A stretch of DNA of 64,000 bases, from NCBI GenBank assembly GCA_008632985.1, contig QPGO01000074.1, positions 186,001-250,000 on the forward strand, in the 5' to 3' direction. Under the pieces are notes generated by a model. It worked only from the letters and a program-made list of their open reading frames with translations, ran no database searches and had not been told where the DNA came from. A program made the position numbers and the translations under genes. Numbering within the stretch: the stretch's first letter is position 1; every line of letters starts with the position of its first letter. The stretch comes from Psammoneis japonica (taxonomy: Eukaryota). Positions 1-11,778 of this stretch are shown here, in pieces.

Positions 1-7
1 TGGTGCC

Positions 8-35
8 ATCTGTCTGTCTGTCTGTCTGTCTGTCT
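8..35. repeat. (TCTG)n microsatellite
   Basis: Run of tctg repeats read directly. Confidence 0.85.
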
Positions 36-318
36 GCATGCGAACTCAAGAACCGAACATTCTTCAATGTCCCGCCAAGTGTCTCAACAACTTGTCACTC
101 CTGTGAGAACGTTCTGGTTTCTATGAAGAACTCTTGTTGTGTGTCTTAATTGCGAGACTTCCAGCACATGTTACACGTGTGTCCTGCAAGGACCCTTGAC
201 GAGAGCCTTGAGAAGTGGCTCCAAAGCTCTCCTTTGCATCTGTGAACCCAACTTGCTTCAAGCATGTCTCATCTGTCAACATGTCAACTGTGTTTCACTT
301 GGTGCCACATTTGGCAAT

Positions 319-2913
319 GATGCCTCGGGGTTCTTCCCCATCACCTTCCCAGGACACCGGCCCCACTGGCGCCATTGACAACAACACTGACACAACAGGT
401 GATGTCATCACTCTGGTTTTCGTGGGCGCGACACATTCAGAACAAGACACTGCAAACTGACACTGTCATCTCCATGCTCCACTGCCTCCCAACAGATGCT
501 GTCAAGAACTCCAGTGCCGCACCTGCGCTTCGGGCCCCTGGCATGCCCAACACTGTTGCTCCTGCCCTTGCTGTCACAGGTGCTGTTGACACTGTTGTTG
601 TCTTTTGCCAATGACGTCGCACCGTCATTTTGGAGAAGCCATCAAAAAAGCACACTGCCCAGACTTGTCGAATGAGCATTTAGATTTGGCATGCAACAAG
701 CTTTGCGATTTGTTTCTGGAGGTGCTGGGTGCCATTGATGTGGGAGTGAAAAGGTCAAAGAAGGTGTTGATCACATCCATGAGGACAACACGGGTTTGTC
801 TCGCTGTGTGGCTTGTTCAAATCCCCACTGGAATGAAGTGGATGCCACTGGAGAAAAGCCCAGCCTTGACAACAGGTTTGAAGTTGCCAGCTCCATTTGT
901 GGGGAAGAGTTTCTCTCCATTCTGGTCAACATTGTTGAGAGCAACATCCCTGCCCGCTCCCCAGTGCAAAAGACATTGTTGACGCACAGCAAAGTTGATG
1001 CATCATGGGAGGTGATTTGCTTTGAGAGTGGCAGCTTGTGCCTTGGTGAAACCACCTTTGCTGCAACCTGGAAAAGGAACACAGCATTGATCCGCTCATC
1101 AAGTTTGTTCTCTGCATGGATGCAGCTGGCATGTGGCATGTTCAGGCTGTCACTGTGGAAGGAAGAGGGATGTGTTTTCAACCCAGGTGGGTCACTCGGG
1201 GACAATGCACGAGGTTTTCTATGCATTTCTACATGACATGCACTTTTTGCACCACAATCGTGTGCAATTTTCGAGCTCCCACATGACGCTGTCTTTTTTT
1301 CATGCCTCATCCACAAATCGCGCACACCAAAAATGGCACCATGCCACTGCCACGAACTTGACCATCCTCACACCATCGTCCGCAATGACAAAGAAGGCAA
1401 GAATGCCAAAAGAGGTCAACAAGACTGAGATCAATGCGATGATGTGGTTGAAGTTTTGATTTTTGCCATTTGCCATGTCTTGTGGATGGCCTTTTTCCTC
1501 GTGACATTTTTTGTGCCAATTTTTCTTGTCCTCAGATTGTGATGTGGCATTCTTTGACATGCAAGGCTCTGTTGACTTGATGCTTCACACACGCAACAAT
1601 GCATGTCTTTATGATGTGTCTGTTTGATTTTTGTGATGCATTGAGTGCACTTTAAGTTGGCATGGACGACGCTTTTGGGTCGCGCACAAATGTCAAACAT
1701 TGGCGCTGACAAAAGAATGACTCTGCATTCAGTTTTGAGGGTGCACGGCAATGAAGAAGCCACTGGACGAGTCTGACAGGTGCAACATTGTAAAGCAGAA
1801 CAAAAAAAAGTGACACCCATGTGTTGCACCCATTTTGCTTTGTTCCAAGGTAGAGCCAGTCAACTGCATGTGGAAATGCTGTCTGCACTTCATTGTCACC
1901 ACTGCCTCTGCTCATCAAATGACTTGATCACTCTGCATTCATCAAACTTTGTTGCTGACATTTCAGTGCTGGCATGCAACTGACTCAAGACTCCCACACA
2001 GGTCAACAAATCAGCCGATCTTTGAAACAGCGGATCGTGCAAAAATGCACATGCAAAGTCAGTTCCCCCAATTTTTCATGTGCAAAAAATGGAGTTGGAA
2101 CACCGTTCTTTTTCGACATGAGCTCTTTGCACAACAGAGAATGCGGACATCCTTTCAAAACAGTCAAATTGGATGAAAGAAACAGAGAAACAGCAACTCA
2201 AAGTCGTTCGAAAAACTGCTGTGCGCAGTTTCCCATCATTTTGAGACCAAAAAACGATTTCAAAAGAGCTTTCCCTTTTTGTCCGCACCCTCCAACAAAC
2301 AAAGAAGGCAACCGGTCACTGAAAACAAACAGATCTGATGAAAAGAACAAGCAAAAAATTGGGGGAAAGTGTGAGCTCGGATGAGAATTTTTTCTTGCAC
2401 AAAAAGCACGGTGACGGAAAACAGACAAATGCAGCGTCACACCCTCGCATGCGCGCGACCCACCTGGGATGAAAACACATCAAGGATTTGAGAACAGACT
2501 CAGCCTGCCCTGCAATGGGGCCACTTTCCGACTCTTGTGATTGCAAGAATGTGCCTCATTTCTGTCTCTTCCAGTTCAGCAGCAAAGGCTGCACACATGC
2601 TGATTCGGAGAGCTTGAAGTGCACGGCGCGACACATCACTGTGCCAAGCATGCGGATCCTTTTGACATGCATCAAGAGAGACCCGCAAGATGGAAGCGGT
2701 GGTGGGATCGTCGGAAAAGGCACTGGCATTCGTGATGGCATCTGTGGGATGCGGCGGAGCATGCAAACAACAGCGCGAGTTTGCAGCACCCAATTTTGCG
2801 TGTGTCGCACCCACAAAAACCGGAGCAACGACATCACCTGTTGCATCAGCTTCGTTGGCAATGGCGCCAGCGGCATCCTGGGAAGGCGATGGGGAAGAAC
2901 CCCGAGGCACCAT
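319..2913. repeat. ~200-bp diverged inverted repeat (about 319-518 vs 2720-2913)
   Basis: 'gcctcggggttcttccccatcaccttcccagga' near 322 matches the reverse complement of about 2877-2909. The translations PRGSSPSPSQD...TGDV...VFVGATH occur on opposite strands. Confidence 0.8.
1169..2481. mobile_element. Non-autonomous TIR DNA transposon (MITE-like, ~1.31 kb), copy 1
   Basis: TIRs GATGTGTTTTCAACCCAGGTGGGTC (1169-1193) and GACCCACCTGGGATGAAAACACATC (2457-2481), with 1 mismatch. Flanks GAGG/AAGG form a near 4-bp TSD. Internally colinear with 13497-14804. Confidence 0.9.
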
Positions 2914-3289
2914 CATGGTCCAGTCGTCAAAACACGTGTTTTTTGTGCGCAGAGCGCAGAGAAGGAGCGGCCAAAAGTGTGCTGTCGAACCCTGGGATGT
3001 TGGTGGTCAGAGATTTAGGGGAGAATGTGGTTCAGGATTTTTCCTGCTGCTGTCAGCATTTGTGTACAAATGCATAAATTAATGTGAGCGAGAAGACACC
3101 CAACCATGACATGCATCACCATGTTCTCCCCTACAGGGGTGACCACGACCACAATGACCACTAAAAATCGCGCAAAAATTCTCGCGCGATTATTTGAGAC
3201 TCAGTCTGTGCTTCCGTCCGCTAGAGGGGCGCGCTTTTTTACTCATCACTATTTCTCGGGTTGACCATGATGATGACCACAACAACAAC

Positions 3290-4861
3290 ATGACGGCACC
3301 TCCACGTCCAAGACTGCTGTTTGGTGCAGTGTTTATTTGGATATCCATTGTGGGTGGCCGATTTCTTGCTCCCTTTCTCGTTCACAAGGCTGCTTTCTCG
3401 GATGCCTTGGTCGGAACCGTACTTGCGCTTTCGAGCGGTTTGCTGTCGCTGCTAGGCCCATTGGCGGGAGCCTTGGCGGATACAAGGGAACGACAATCAC
3501 CACTGCGTGGAAGAGCTCAAGTGTTGCAATGTGGGATTTTGTTGGGATCGGCGGCATTTCTTTTGCACGACATGCACGCGGTGTTTCCCAGTGTTTCCTT
3601 GTTTGATTCCACCTATTGGCACTTTGGGCTGCGCCTCATCTTTGCTTGTGCCGCTGCTCTTTCGTTTCCGGTACTCGATGGGATGGCCTTGGCACATTTG
3701 GAACGAGAAGAAAACAAAAATCAGTCGGATTTTGGAAAAGAGAGGCTTCATGGTGTGTCGATATACGTCTTTGAAACTATGCATGATGATGTGGACGTGC
3801 TCTCATTTTGCTTTCTCACCTCACGATTTTTGGTCGTCGTGGTTAAGGTGCCATTTGGTGGGCAATAACAAACTTAATGCTTGGACCCTCTCTTGATCGA
3901 TTTGGTTTTGACGTCATGTACATTTTTGCCGTTGTCTCAACCGTTGCATGCATCCTTACAATTGAATACTATGTGCGAGCGCGGCAGCATGATGCCGACG
4001 AAGCAACTCAAACCAACAAGACGGAACCGCGTGTTGCTTTGGACGACGACAAGGAAGAAACTACTATAGATGATGCACCAAAGAACTTGCACACGAGAAA
4101 CTTGTTGCGAATTATGCTTGGGACGGCGTACGGAGCGAGTTTTCTCTTTTTCTTTTATTGTTTGAATGCTGGAACGTCCGTTGTGGAAAGCTTGGTGTTT
4201 CTATTCTTTGAGTTCTTGGGAGGATCTTACACCATGTGCAGTTTAACCGTGTTGTTGACTGTGGTGTTTGAAATACCAATATTTCATTATGGTAAGGAGC
4301 TACGCACTGAACTAGAGTCACTTCCTGTTAACTTTTGTGGTATGCTAACGAGCTGTGCTTATTGTTTCCAATGAATCAGCCCCAGCCATGTTGAATCCAT
4401 ATGGCGCAGGCATGTTGCAAGTGATTGCAGGAACAGCCTATGTCGTACGCGTGATTGGCTACTCGTTGATTCCACAGGGTCATGCTTTCTTGGTTCTCTT
4501 TTTGGAACCTCTTCACGGCGTAACTTATGCTTGCTCCAAAACCAGTGGCGTGGAATTTGTTGCAGCGCTCATGCCGGACGGATACCAAGCCAGTGGGCAG
4601 GGTTTGCTGGGATTGTTTAGTGGGTTGGGATCCGTGACGGGATTGTTGGCGGGAGGCTTGGCGCAAGACACGCTTGGTCCTCGCATCATGTACCGGTCCT
4701 TTGCAGCAATTGTCTTGGTTGGAATGTCCGTGTTTTTGTGTACAAGCTACAACCGAAAGCCAGAATTGCAACGCCTAGAGTTGGTGCCGCAATGTTCGGA
4801 TGTGGAACTGACAGAAGTGCAAGTGGAAGAAACTGTGGAAACATTTGAGGACAACTCCTAA
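3290..4861 (+). CDS. Major facilitator superfamily transporter (MFS_1_like / MFSD6-like); introns 3753-3847 and 4292-4379
   Basis: Multiple TM helices and motifs GALADT, FGKERLHGAIWW, VFEIPIF, LEPLHGVTYA, ASGQGLL. GT-AG introns join three ORFs in frame. Branch site GCTAAC at about 4344. Confidence 0.9.
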
Positions 4862-4967
4862 ATTTAGACTAGATGAATAGAATTGCAAACCACCGATCCC
4901 ACAATCTTAGCTTGCTTAATATGTGGATAAGATTGATGTGATAATGCCTAAATTAGATAAAATAGAA

Positions 4968-5810
4968 CTAGCTAGCTAGAGCGCCTGCAATGCATGAAGA
5001 TAAAATGCAAATCCGCATCAACAACATCTGCCTCTCTGCGGAAAATCCTAAAGAATCGAGACGACGACGACTATTCCCATCCAAACTCCACCAAGACACC
5101 GTCTTCTTCCGCTCGGCATCACTTAAATCAAAGACATGGTCTAGCCTGTACTGTTGTTCCTTCAGTTTGGGATTGTGTCCGAGCGTATCGACACGAGCAG
5201 ACGGGGGAACAATGTGCATGCCCTCGGGAACCACTTGAACATGCACTCCGAGACGGCTACTGTTTTGTTCCAATTCATCCAAAGTCATTTGTTGGGGCTG
5301 TTTTTGAGTGTAATACAAAAAGATCAGTGTGTTAGAACAAGATATATTCTGAATCATATGAAACACACGATTCTGATTTTAGAAAAAAAAACTTACAGAG
5401 GGATCAAAGAATTCCTGAGCTTTGAGCAAAGCCGCAAAATTGTCACACTCTTCCTTCGATTCGAATGCCAAAATTACGTTATTTCCCGATCCACTCGGAT
5501 ACTCAATCGAATGCACACCTTCTTCGACTGTATCGGGATTAAACATGACAATATGCACGTTGGTTGGCTTGGGGCGCTTGACCATGTTGTTGGTATTCCC
5601 AAAAAGATGAGAATAGGGATTCGTTTCTTGTTCAATCCTTTGCTTGAGTTCCTCCATATCAAAGTGATCTTCACCATGAACAAACAACAAATCCCCGCGT
5701 GGATGGTTCGTAGTAGTAGCGCGGGTCATTGCAAACGGACGGCTTGGTAGAAATGCCGTGCATCCGCACATCCATAACGACGATAACAGGAGTTTCGATA
5801 AAATCTTCAT
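4968..5810 (-). CDS. DUF3110-family protein, probably plastid-targeted; intron 5298-5396
   Basis: Signal peptide ending CTA-FLP (ASAFAP-like). Core VMFNPDTVEEGVHSI...VILAFESKEECDNFAALLKAQEF...VVP...VPP resembles cyanobacterial DUF3110. Phase-0 GTAAGT...CAG intron. Confidence 0.8.
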
Positions 5811-6367
5811 GATTCCTTGTAGTTTAAAAATAGTCTTGATCTTCTTTTTTTGTCTTGATTCAAAGCTTTCCTTTCTCGGCGATGAATTGGTTGATGTGTA
5901 TGCGCACGTAACGGTAGGTCGTGGTGAGCATGCAGAATTATTTCTCGGGAAAACGGCTTACAGGGTGTGTGGGGTGTCACTTGTGTGAGAATGAGAAAGC
6001 AACACACAATAATCAAAAAGGAGAGAGAGAGCTGTTGGAATAGTAGGAACGAAAACAACAACCAAGTAGTCTTGTCAAAAAGTAGTTGAGTGATGTATGA
6101 GAAGATGATTCGGATTGATGGCAAAAAGTGATGTACTTTCGTTCGACGGAGAAGGAAAAAGAGAGGGTGTCATTGATGCCGAACAGCTGTCGGTGGGAAA
6201 TTTAATTGTCGTAGACTCTGGTATAAATTCTACGTGAAAATCTCTGTCGGCGACGAAAAAGCGCCGTGTTCGTCTCGGGAAGTTTGCGCTCCGATCTTCA
6301 ACATGTCCAGTCGAAGAATTCCAACGCGAACCATGCCGAACGACGAAGAGGAGCAATCGAATCAATC

Positions 6368-6575
6368 GACTAGACTCTAGAGGGCCCGCTCTACTCTCTA
6401 GAGTGCCATAATATGATCTGTGCGGTACTCTCTCTCTCTACTCTCTCTCTACTCTCTAGCTAACCTTAGTAGCTAGAGTAGAGAGTAGCTTTACTCTCTC
6501 TAGAGAGTAGAATAGCTCTACTAGCTAGAGCTAGAAGTACATACAACCGCAACAATAGGATTTCTACTCTCTACT
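6368..6575. repeat. CTAG/TAGAG/CTCTA low-complexity island upstream of the DUF3110 gene
   Basis: Dense ctctag, tagct, tagagta and ctctac words. Similar islands lie at about 55185 and 63245. Confidence 0.75.
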
Positions 6576-6667
6576 ATGCAGTGGATCTTCCGGTAGCTCA
6601 CCATATCTAGTAGCTTTACCAGATGAATATGGTCCTGGTAGGTTGGAGCAGTTGGGTGTCGTTTGCC

Positions 6668-6727
6668 GATGGACTAGTCTATTACCGTAAAAGTAGAGAT
6701 GGACTAGTCTATTACAGTAAAAGTGGA
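6668..6727. repeat. 30-bp tandem duplication containing the palindrome GACTAGTC
   Basis: gatggactagtctattaccgtaaaagtaga followed by gatggactagtctattacagtaaaagtgga. Confidence 0.9.
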
Positions 6728-7042
6728 AATACGGAGACAGTTCAAGAGTTTGAGGGTCAATAATATTAAGCAGGTTTAATTCGTTACCTGGCATCTCTCT
6801 CGCAATCTTCTCCCTTAGTTAATCTAGCTAGCACGCCTCGAACAATGTCGCGGCAAACTATAGCATTGAACTATCCTTACAAGGCAGCCGTGGATTGCTT
6901 CTGACTCCTCAAGCACATCCCAGTACCTTGCCCGCATCATCCAGTTAATCTCAAGCACTTTTCGTTTTCAAACCTCTCCACCAAAACAAACCGTTCTCCC
7001 TCTCTCTCTCTCTGTGCGCCAATCCAACTACTGAAAAATCCG

Positions 7043-10000
7043 CTATTGCATTCCCCGAATCACTTGCAACAACATTTGCAAAGGCCGACGAAGTGTGGGA
7101 TCTCCTTGTGCCATTTTGGCGTTAATGCTAGACACCAATTGCTGCAGTACTCCCGACACGTGGCGTTCGATGCTTTCACACTTGGGGTCCAGCACGAGAG
7201 CAATCTCTTGAATCCATTCCAGTTCGGTTTGCAAATCCTCCGACTGCGACGACAAGATGCTGGCACCGAGTTGTTGCATTAGACACAAGAGAATTGGCTG
7301 ACTCAGCGCAGGTGTGGCTCCGCCCAGAACATCTGCTAATGTAGCGTTTCGGCAGCAAAACAGAGCCAGTTCGGTGGTGGTTGTCGTGGACAGGGCCTTG
7401 GTAAAGGCAGCCTCGTATGCTCCCTGTCCAAGCAAGGTCATGATTTCAGTCTTAGTTGCCTGCATATTGTCTACTGGTGGTGGTGGCGCAACTTGGGTCG
7501 GTATGGCTCCATCAGCTCCGCTAGCACGCAGTTGCGACACTTCTGCCGACAAGGCTTGTATGGCAGCCGCCATGGAATCCAACTTGGCAGACATATCCGA
7601 CAAGGTCCTAGAGGAACTGTTACTTGACAAGCCTTTGTCCAAGGAAGACGATATCTGCGAAAACATTTCCCTGGTAGCTGCTTCGTAGGCAGGAATCAAG
7701 GCAGTGCTCATGGTCTGTGCACCACACAAACAGGAAATCACAGTGAGCGACATGACAATACAGAAAGGAAGGATACTCATACAACAGAAATTGCACCATA
7801 CCTCTTGGAATGATTCCTTCAAGGGAGCTTCAATGCCACCGGATATTGCTGTAATCACCTCTTCCGTTCGAACCTTGGTGGCCTCCTTGGATCCCTTGGC
7901 AATCGCCACTTGCAGCGGCTTTACGACAGCTTGCTCCATGGTTTGAGTTAAAGTTTTGCTTAGCGCTGGGAGCACAGTGCTTTGAATCTCAGCACGGACC
8001 GTTCGTTGAATCTCATTGGCAACGGCGGTTTCCTGCTTTTTGAAATGAGTGGCAAGCACCCGTTTCAACACATCCTCAATGTCCGATGGCGCTGCGCTAT
8101 GGACCGAAGACGAAGCCGTCGCAGCGGGCGGCGCGACGGGAGCCGCGGCATCGCGTTTGAGAATTGCAATTTTCCGTCCGCAGAAGGAAGTGGCATGGGA
8201 GATTGACTCATCTTTTTGCCACCGTTGGATCTGCCTGGTTTCGGTTCCTTGGGTGAGCGGCTGCGAGCCTTCTTTTGTTCGGCCTTCTTTTTCTTTTCAC
8301 CCTTACTGCTGGGTTCGGGGTTCTTTGGCAAGGCGTTTACGGCGCTTTCCAAGTCACTGAGTGATGTGAAACGAAGAAGAGGTGAGAAACACGACAAAGA
8401 GCCATGTTTGTGTAAAACACGATAACTCAGTGATCTTACCTAACTTTTGGCCCAGCCTGAAGGAGCTCAATCGGTGAGAGAAATCCAGAGTCGTTTCGCT
8501 CAACTACCCCGCTTCCAGGGAGTAGAGGTGCGCTCACAATGTCTGGTGCTATAGCAGTCTTCGCTTCCACAATCGGCGTGGGCGGAGGAGCAGACGGTAA
8601 CTCTTCCTTGGGAACGTTTGATCCAGGAGCCGGAGCCGGAGTATTGCCCACCATAGCTCCCAACCAATTGGCAAAGGGATTACCTGAATCCATAGCACCA
8701 GTAGTAGCAGCAGCAGGGGTAACAGCATCCTCGGTGACCTTATCCATCGCTTCCTCGTGGTCATCGTCACTGTAATCCTCAAACTGTTCGTCGTCCAAGT
8801 CGTATGCTTCTTCAAATGCTTGTCCAGACGGGCTCGTTACATCCACTGAAGACATGGGCGCACGATCAACAGCCTCTACACGAATGCCGTCTGCTGGGGC
8901 TGTTTCGTCCCATGCGCCAGGAGGCACACACATGGCGTGCGACAGCATCAAGATTTGCACCGCTCGACTCTGAACACAATACAAATTCATATCCATAAGT
9001 GGCCCCGTCTTGGCGGCCTCTTCGTCGTCTTCGTCTAGATTCTTGGCGGGAGCCGCCAGAAGGGACCACGAGTAAATGGGATACATGACCCCAAACGGAA
9101 CGACATAGTCAAGTCCCAACAAAATGGCGCGCTTGGGTTCATCCGAGCTCCACTTGGATTTCAAGGCAATCGCATACAGATTGCCCTCGGAACGGTCCGA
9201 TAGCAACAAGAACGAGGCTGGCGGTCCACTTTCCAGAGAAGCACCACCAAAGCAAGGAGATAGATTGTACCCACCTGGAGACGGATGTTCCATTCCAAAG
9301 ACTGCCAGTCTGGTGGGTCGCCCACCACCCTCCACAAAGGGCGACCACAGAGTGATGCGGGCATTGCCATGGGTAGCCGTGACAAACGGCATGGTAATGT
9401 TTGCCTTGTTCCCATCTGCAACATTGTCGTGAGGAAGAAAAAAGCACCTATTCACCTCCTCGTCTTCAGTAAGGGTCGTTAGACACAAGCGGGGATTGGC
9501 ATTGCCATCAATGTAGTCTCCTGTTTGCTTCACGTCCCATAGACGAATCGAGCCGTCCGAGTGAGCCGTAAGAACGTGACGGGGGTCTCGTCCGGACCAA
9601 CAGAGATCATTGATTCCATCATGACCAACGGATGATTCTGTCTGAAGTTGTAAAGCACCGTCAAGCAGAGTATCGTCTCCATCGAGCTGACAGACAGGAT
9701 GAGATTCTTCTGCATGCGGGAGTGTCTTGATGCGGGTAGTCTCCACAAGCGTCCCCACTCGTTGGTCCGTGGTAGTGTCATGAATAATCCAAAACTGATT
9801 GGTATTAAGGGATGCCACACGAGACGACTCATGTTGGTGATGTCTGAAGGGATCTCTAGAACTTTTTCAGAAGTCAGCTCCGATTCACGGGTAAATATCC
9901 TCCAGATAATCAGATTGCCACCAATCGTTCCCAGAATATCTCCGTTTTGAAAAAATGACGCATCCGTCACTTTGCTCTCATGTCCTCGTAAAAGTGTTCG

Positions 10001-10234
10001 AAGCGTCGAACGCCTGTCCAAGACGCGAACAAGACCGCTCTTGACGGCATAGACTACAAAATTGGCATTTACATCCAGAAGCGCACCGTTGGGGCAGTTG
10101 TCGTTGGGAGACGTCTCAAATTTTGCAATCAGAGTCGTTTCAGGTTGTTGAGGCATAACAACAGCCTCATTAGGGTCATACCAAACCCTTGCCGCAGCTG
10201 GCAACGCGATCGCTCCGTTGGTAGCATCCGCCAT
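7043..10234 (-). CDS. EDC4: Enhancer of mRNA decapping 4 (Ge-1/Varicose); multi-exon, apparent frameshifts near 9810 and about 8100
   Basis: N-terminal Ge-1-type WD40 (VNANFVVYAVKSGLVRVLDRRSTLRTLLRGHESKVTD), a low-complexity linker, a helical region, and the conserved C-terminus LSQPILLCLMQQL...LEWIQEIALVLDP. Introns at about 7715-7800 and 8360-8440. Confidence 0.85.
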
Positions 10235-10461
10235 GGTCGACGCTGGCTGTTCTTTTTTTTTTTTTGCTGGGGACGAATCTGCGGTCTGCGGTTGCCAAGC
10301 AACACGGGACACGGACAGATTGAAATGTTAGAAAAGCTGTTGGCTTGGACGTGCGATGCGCGCGCCTACCGGTACGTACAGTACGTGTGGCGACACCCAA
10401 GTTGTCACCCATCAGGAGTAATGACCAGAATTAGAATCAATTTACGGTAGAAAATACATGC

Positions 10462-11778
10462 TTACATAGCCTGTCCCGTTGTATAAGGGACAATATATTT
10501 TGCGGCGAAAGACCGGACGATTTCGTACTGCTCAGCTTCATCTACCATGTCCAACAAGTCAAGTTCATTGGCGACATCACTGTTGGAGTGAGGTGCAAAT
10601 CGACGCAAAAAACTCGCCATGTCCGTTGTCCGATTGTCATTACCAGCATCACCATTGTTTTGGAATTCAATGCTGCTTGAGCTGCCACCAGGGCCGGATG
10701 GTTGAGGCTGATGCTCCTGCCCTGTTGGCTTTCTGTGCTGAGCTTGAGAGCTGCCCCCACCGCCACCGCCATCCCTGCGCGGTCGTTTGTGGTCGTGATC
10801 TTCGGTAAGCATATGCTTGACAGCTTCAAATGAGAGTCGATCGACAAAAGTAGCTGGAAGAGTTTCTCCGCGCGACTCATCATTGAGGCTTTCCAAAATA
10901 TATTTTGCCAGCCCTGCTGCTCCTTCTAAATGCTGAAGATTTAGCTTGTAGAGAGCCACTCCCGAACTATCCCCGTTTTTTGCGAACCAGTAAAATATCC
11001 AGAAGTGATTTAGATCTGTCAACACGGAAACCACTCCATGTTTGCGGTTTAAATAGGATGCTGCCAAGTGTTCACAAATCGTCTCTGGGCTGTGATCCTT
11101 TCGTTGCATGTTCTCGGGTTTCTTCAGTTCCAGCAGAGACTCAACGGAGTGCCGGACCGCATCGTTCGTAACGTTTTTTGTCTCCGCGATAACAACATCT
11201 GTAGTTCCACTTATACGTCGACTCTCCTCTGCTCCTTTGATTTCAACATTCAAAAGACCCCTCTTTGGTTGCACATCCGCAATCGAGTAATTCGCTGGCA
11301 ACAGCACGTGTTTTTTAAGATGAGCCATATATGCTGCTCGATTTTCAGGAGAATCTTCCTTGCTCGTCAGCCACTGGAAACCAGGAAATTCCTCTAACAT
11401 TGTTGGTTTGTTTGGCCAGGAAGCGCCAGTCTCCGGCAGGTCGAGCATCTCCAAAAGATCGTCCTTTCCCGAACTGGAAGCATCCGAAAGTACAATGGTT
11501 CTTTTCTTTGCTGCGAAATCGTTGGCCATGGCAGCAATCCCAGCCCATGTTTCTGAAGTAAATGGGTACTGATGATAATGAAAATTTGCCATGTCGCCCA
11601 GTGTGTATCTGCCGCCATTCTCCAGTGACTCAAAGTCCTCGATCGCACAATCCTCGTCGTCCATCAACGACTCCACGCCAAACCAGCGAAGCAAATTTCT
11701 GTATCCATGTTCATTGCTCAGCTTTCTCTGACTCTCACCACCACTCGCATCTACTACTGTAATCTTCTTTGTGGGCAT
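10462..11778 (-). CDS. Crinkler-like (CR-REase) protein: short N-terminal header plus PD-(D/E)xK restriction-endonuclease-fold domain
   Basis: Intact 438-aa ORF. Motifs SGTTDVVI...LLELKK...EHLAAS...VLTDLNHFWIFYWF. N-terminal ~60-aa header ends in LENGGRYTLG. Confidence 0.7.
   Translation of the reverse strand: MPTKKITVVDASGGESQRKLSNEHGYRNLLRWFGVESLMDDEDCAIEDFESLENGGRYTLGDMANFHYHQYPFTSETWAGIAAMANDFAAKKRTIVLSDASSSGKDDLLEMLDLPETGASWPNKPTMLEEFPGFQWLTSKEDSPENRAAYMAHLKKHVLLPANYSIADVQPKRGLLNVEIKGAEESRRISGTTDVVIAETKNVTNDAVRHSVESLLELKKPENMQRKDHSPETICEHLAASYLNRKHGVVSVLTDLNHFWIFYWFAKNGDSSGVALYKLNLQHLEGAAGLAKYILESLNDESRGETLPATFVDRLSFEAVKHMLTEDHDHKRPRRDGGGGGGSSQAQHRKPTGQEHQPQPSGPGGSSSSIEFQNNGDAGNDNRTTDMASFLRRFAPHSNSDVANELDLLDMVDEAEQYEIVRSFAAKYIVPYTTGQAM

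Larger units (their letters stand above)
1..3060. mobile_element. TpA-depleted repeat/transposon-derived block (degenerate, family unassigned)
   Basis: Near absence of TA dinucleotides and excess TG/CA. Contains a TIR element and a ~200-bp inverted duplication. No intact gene. The block runs off the left edge of the window. Confidence 0.75.

Noticed and set aside
6668..6727. CRISPR-like repeat
   Set aside because: Only two adjacent units with no spacers and no cas genes, in a eukaryotic context.
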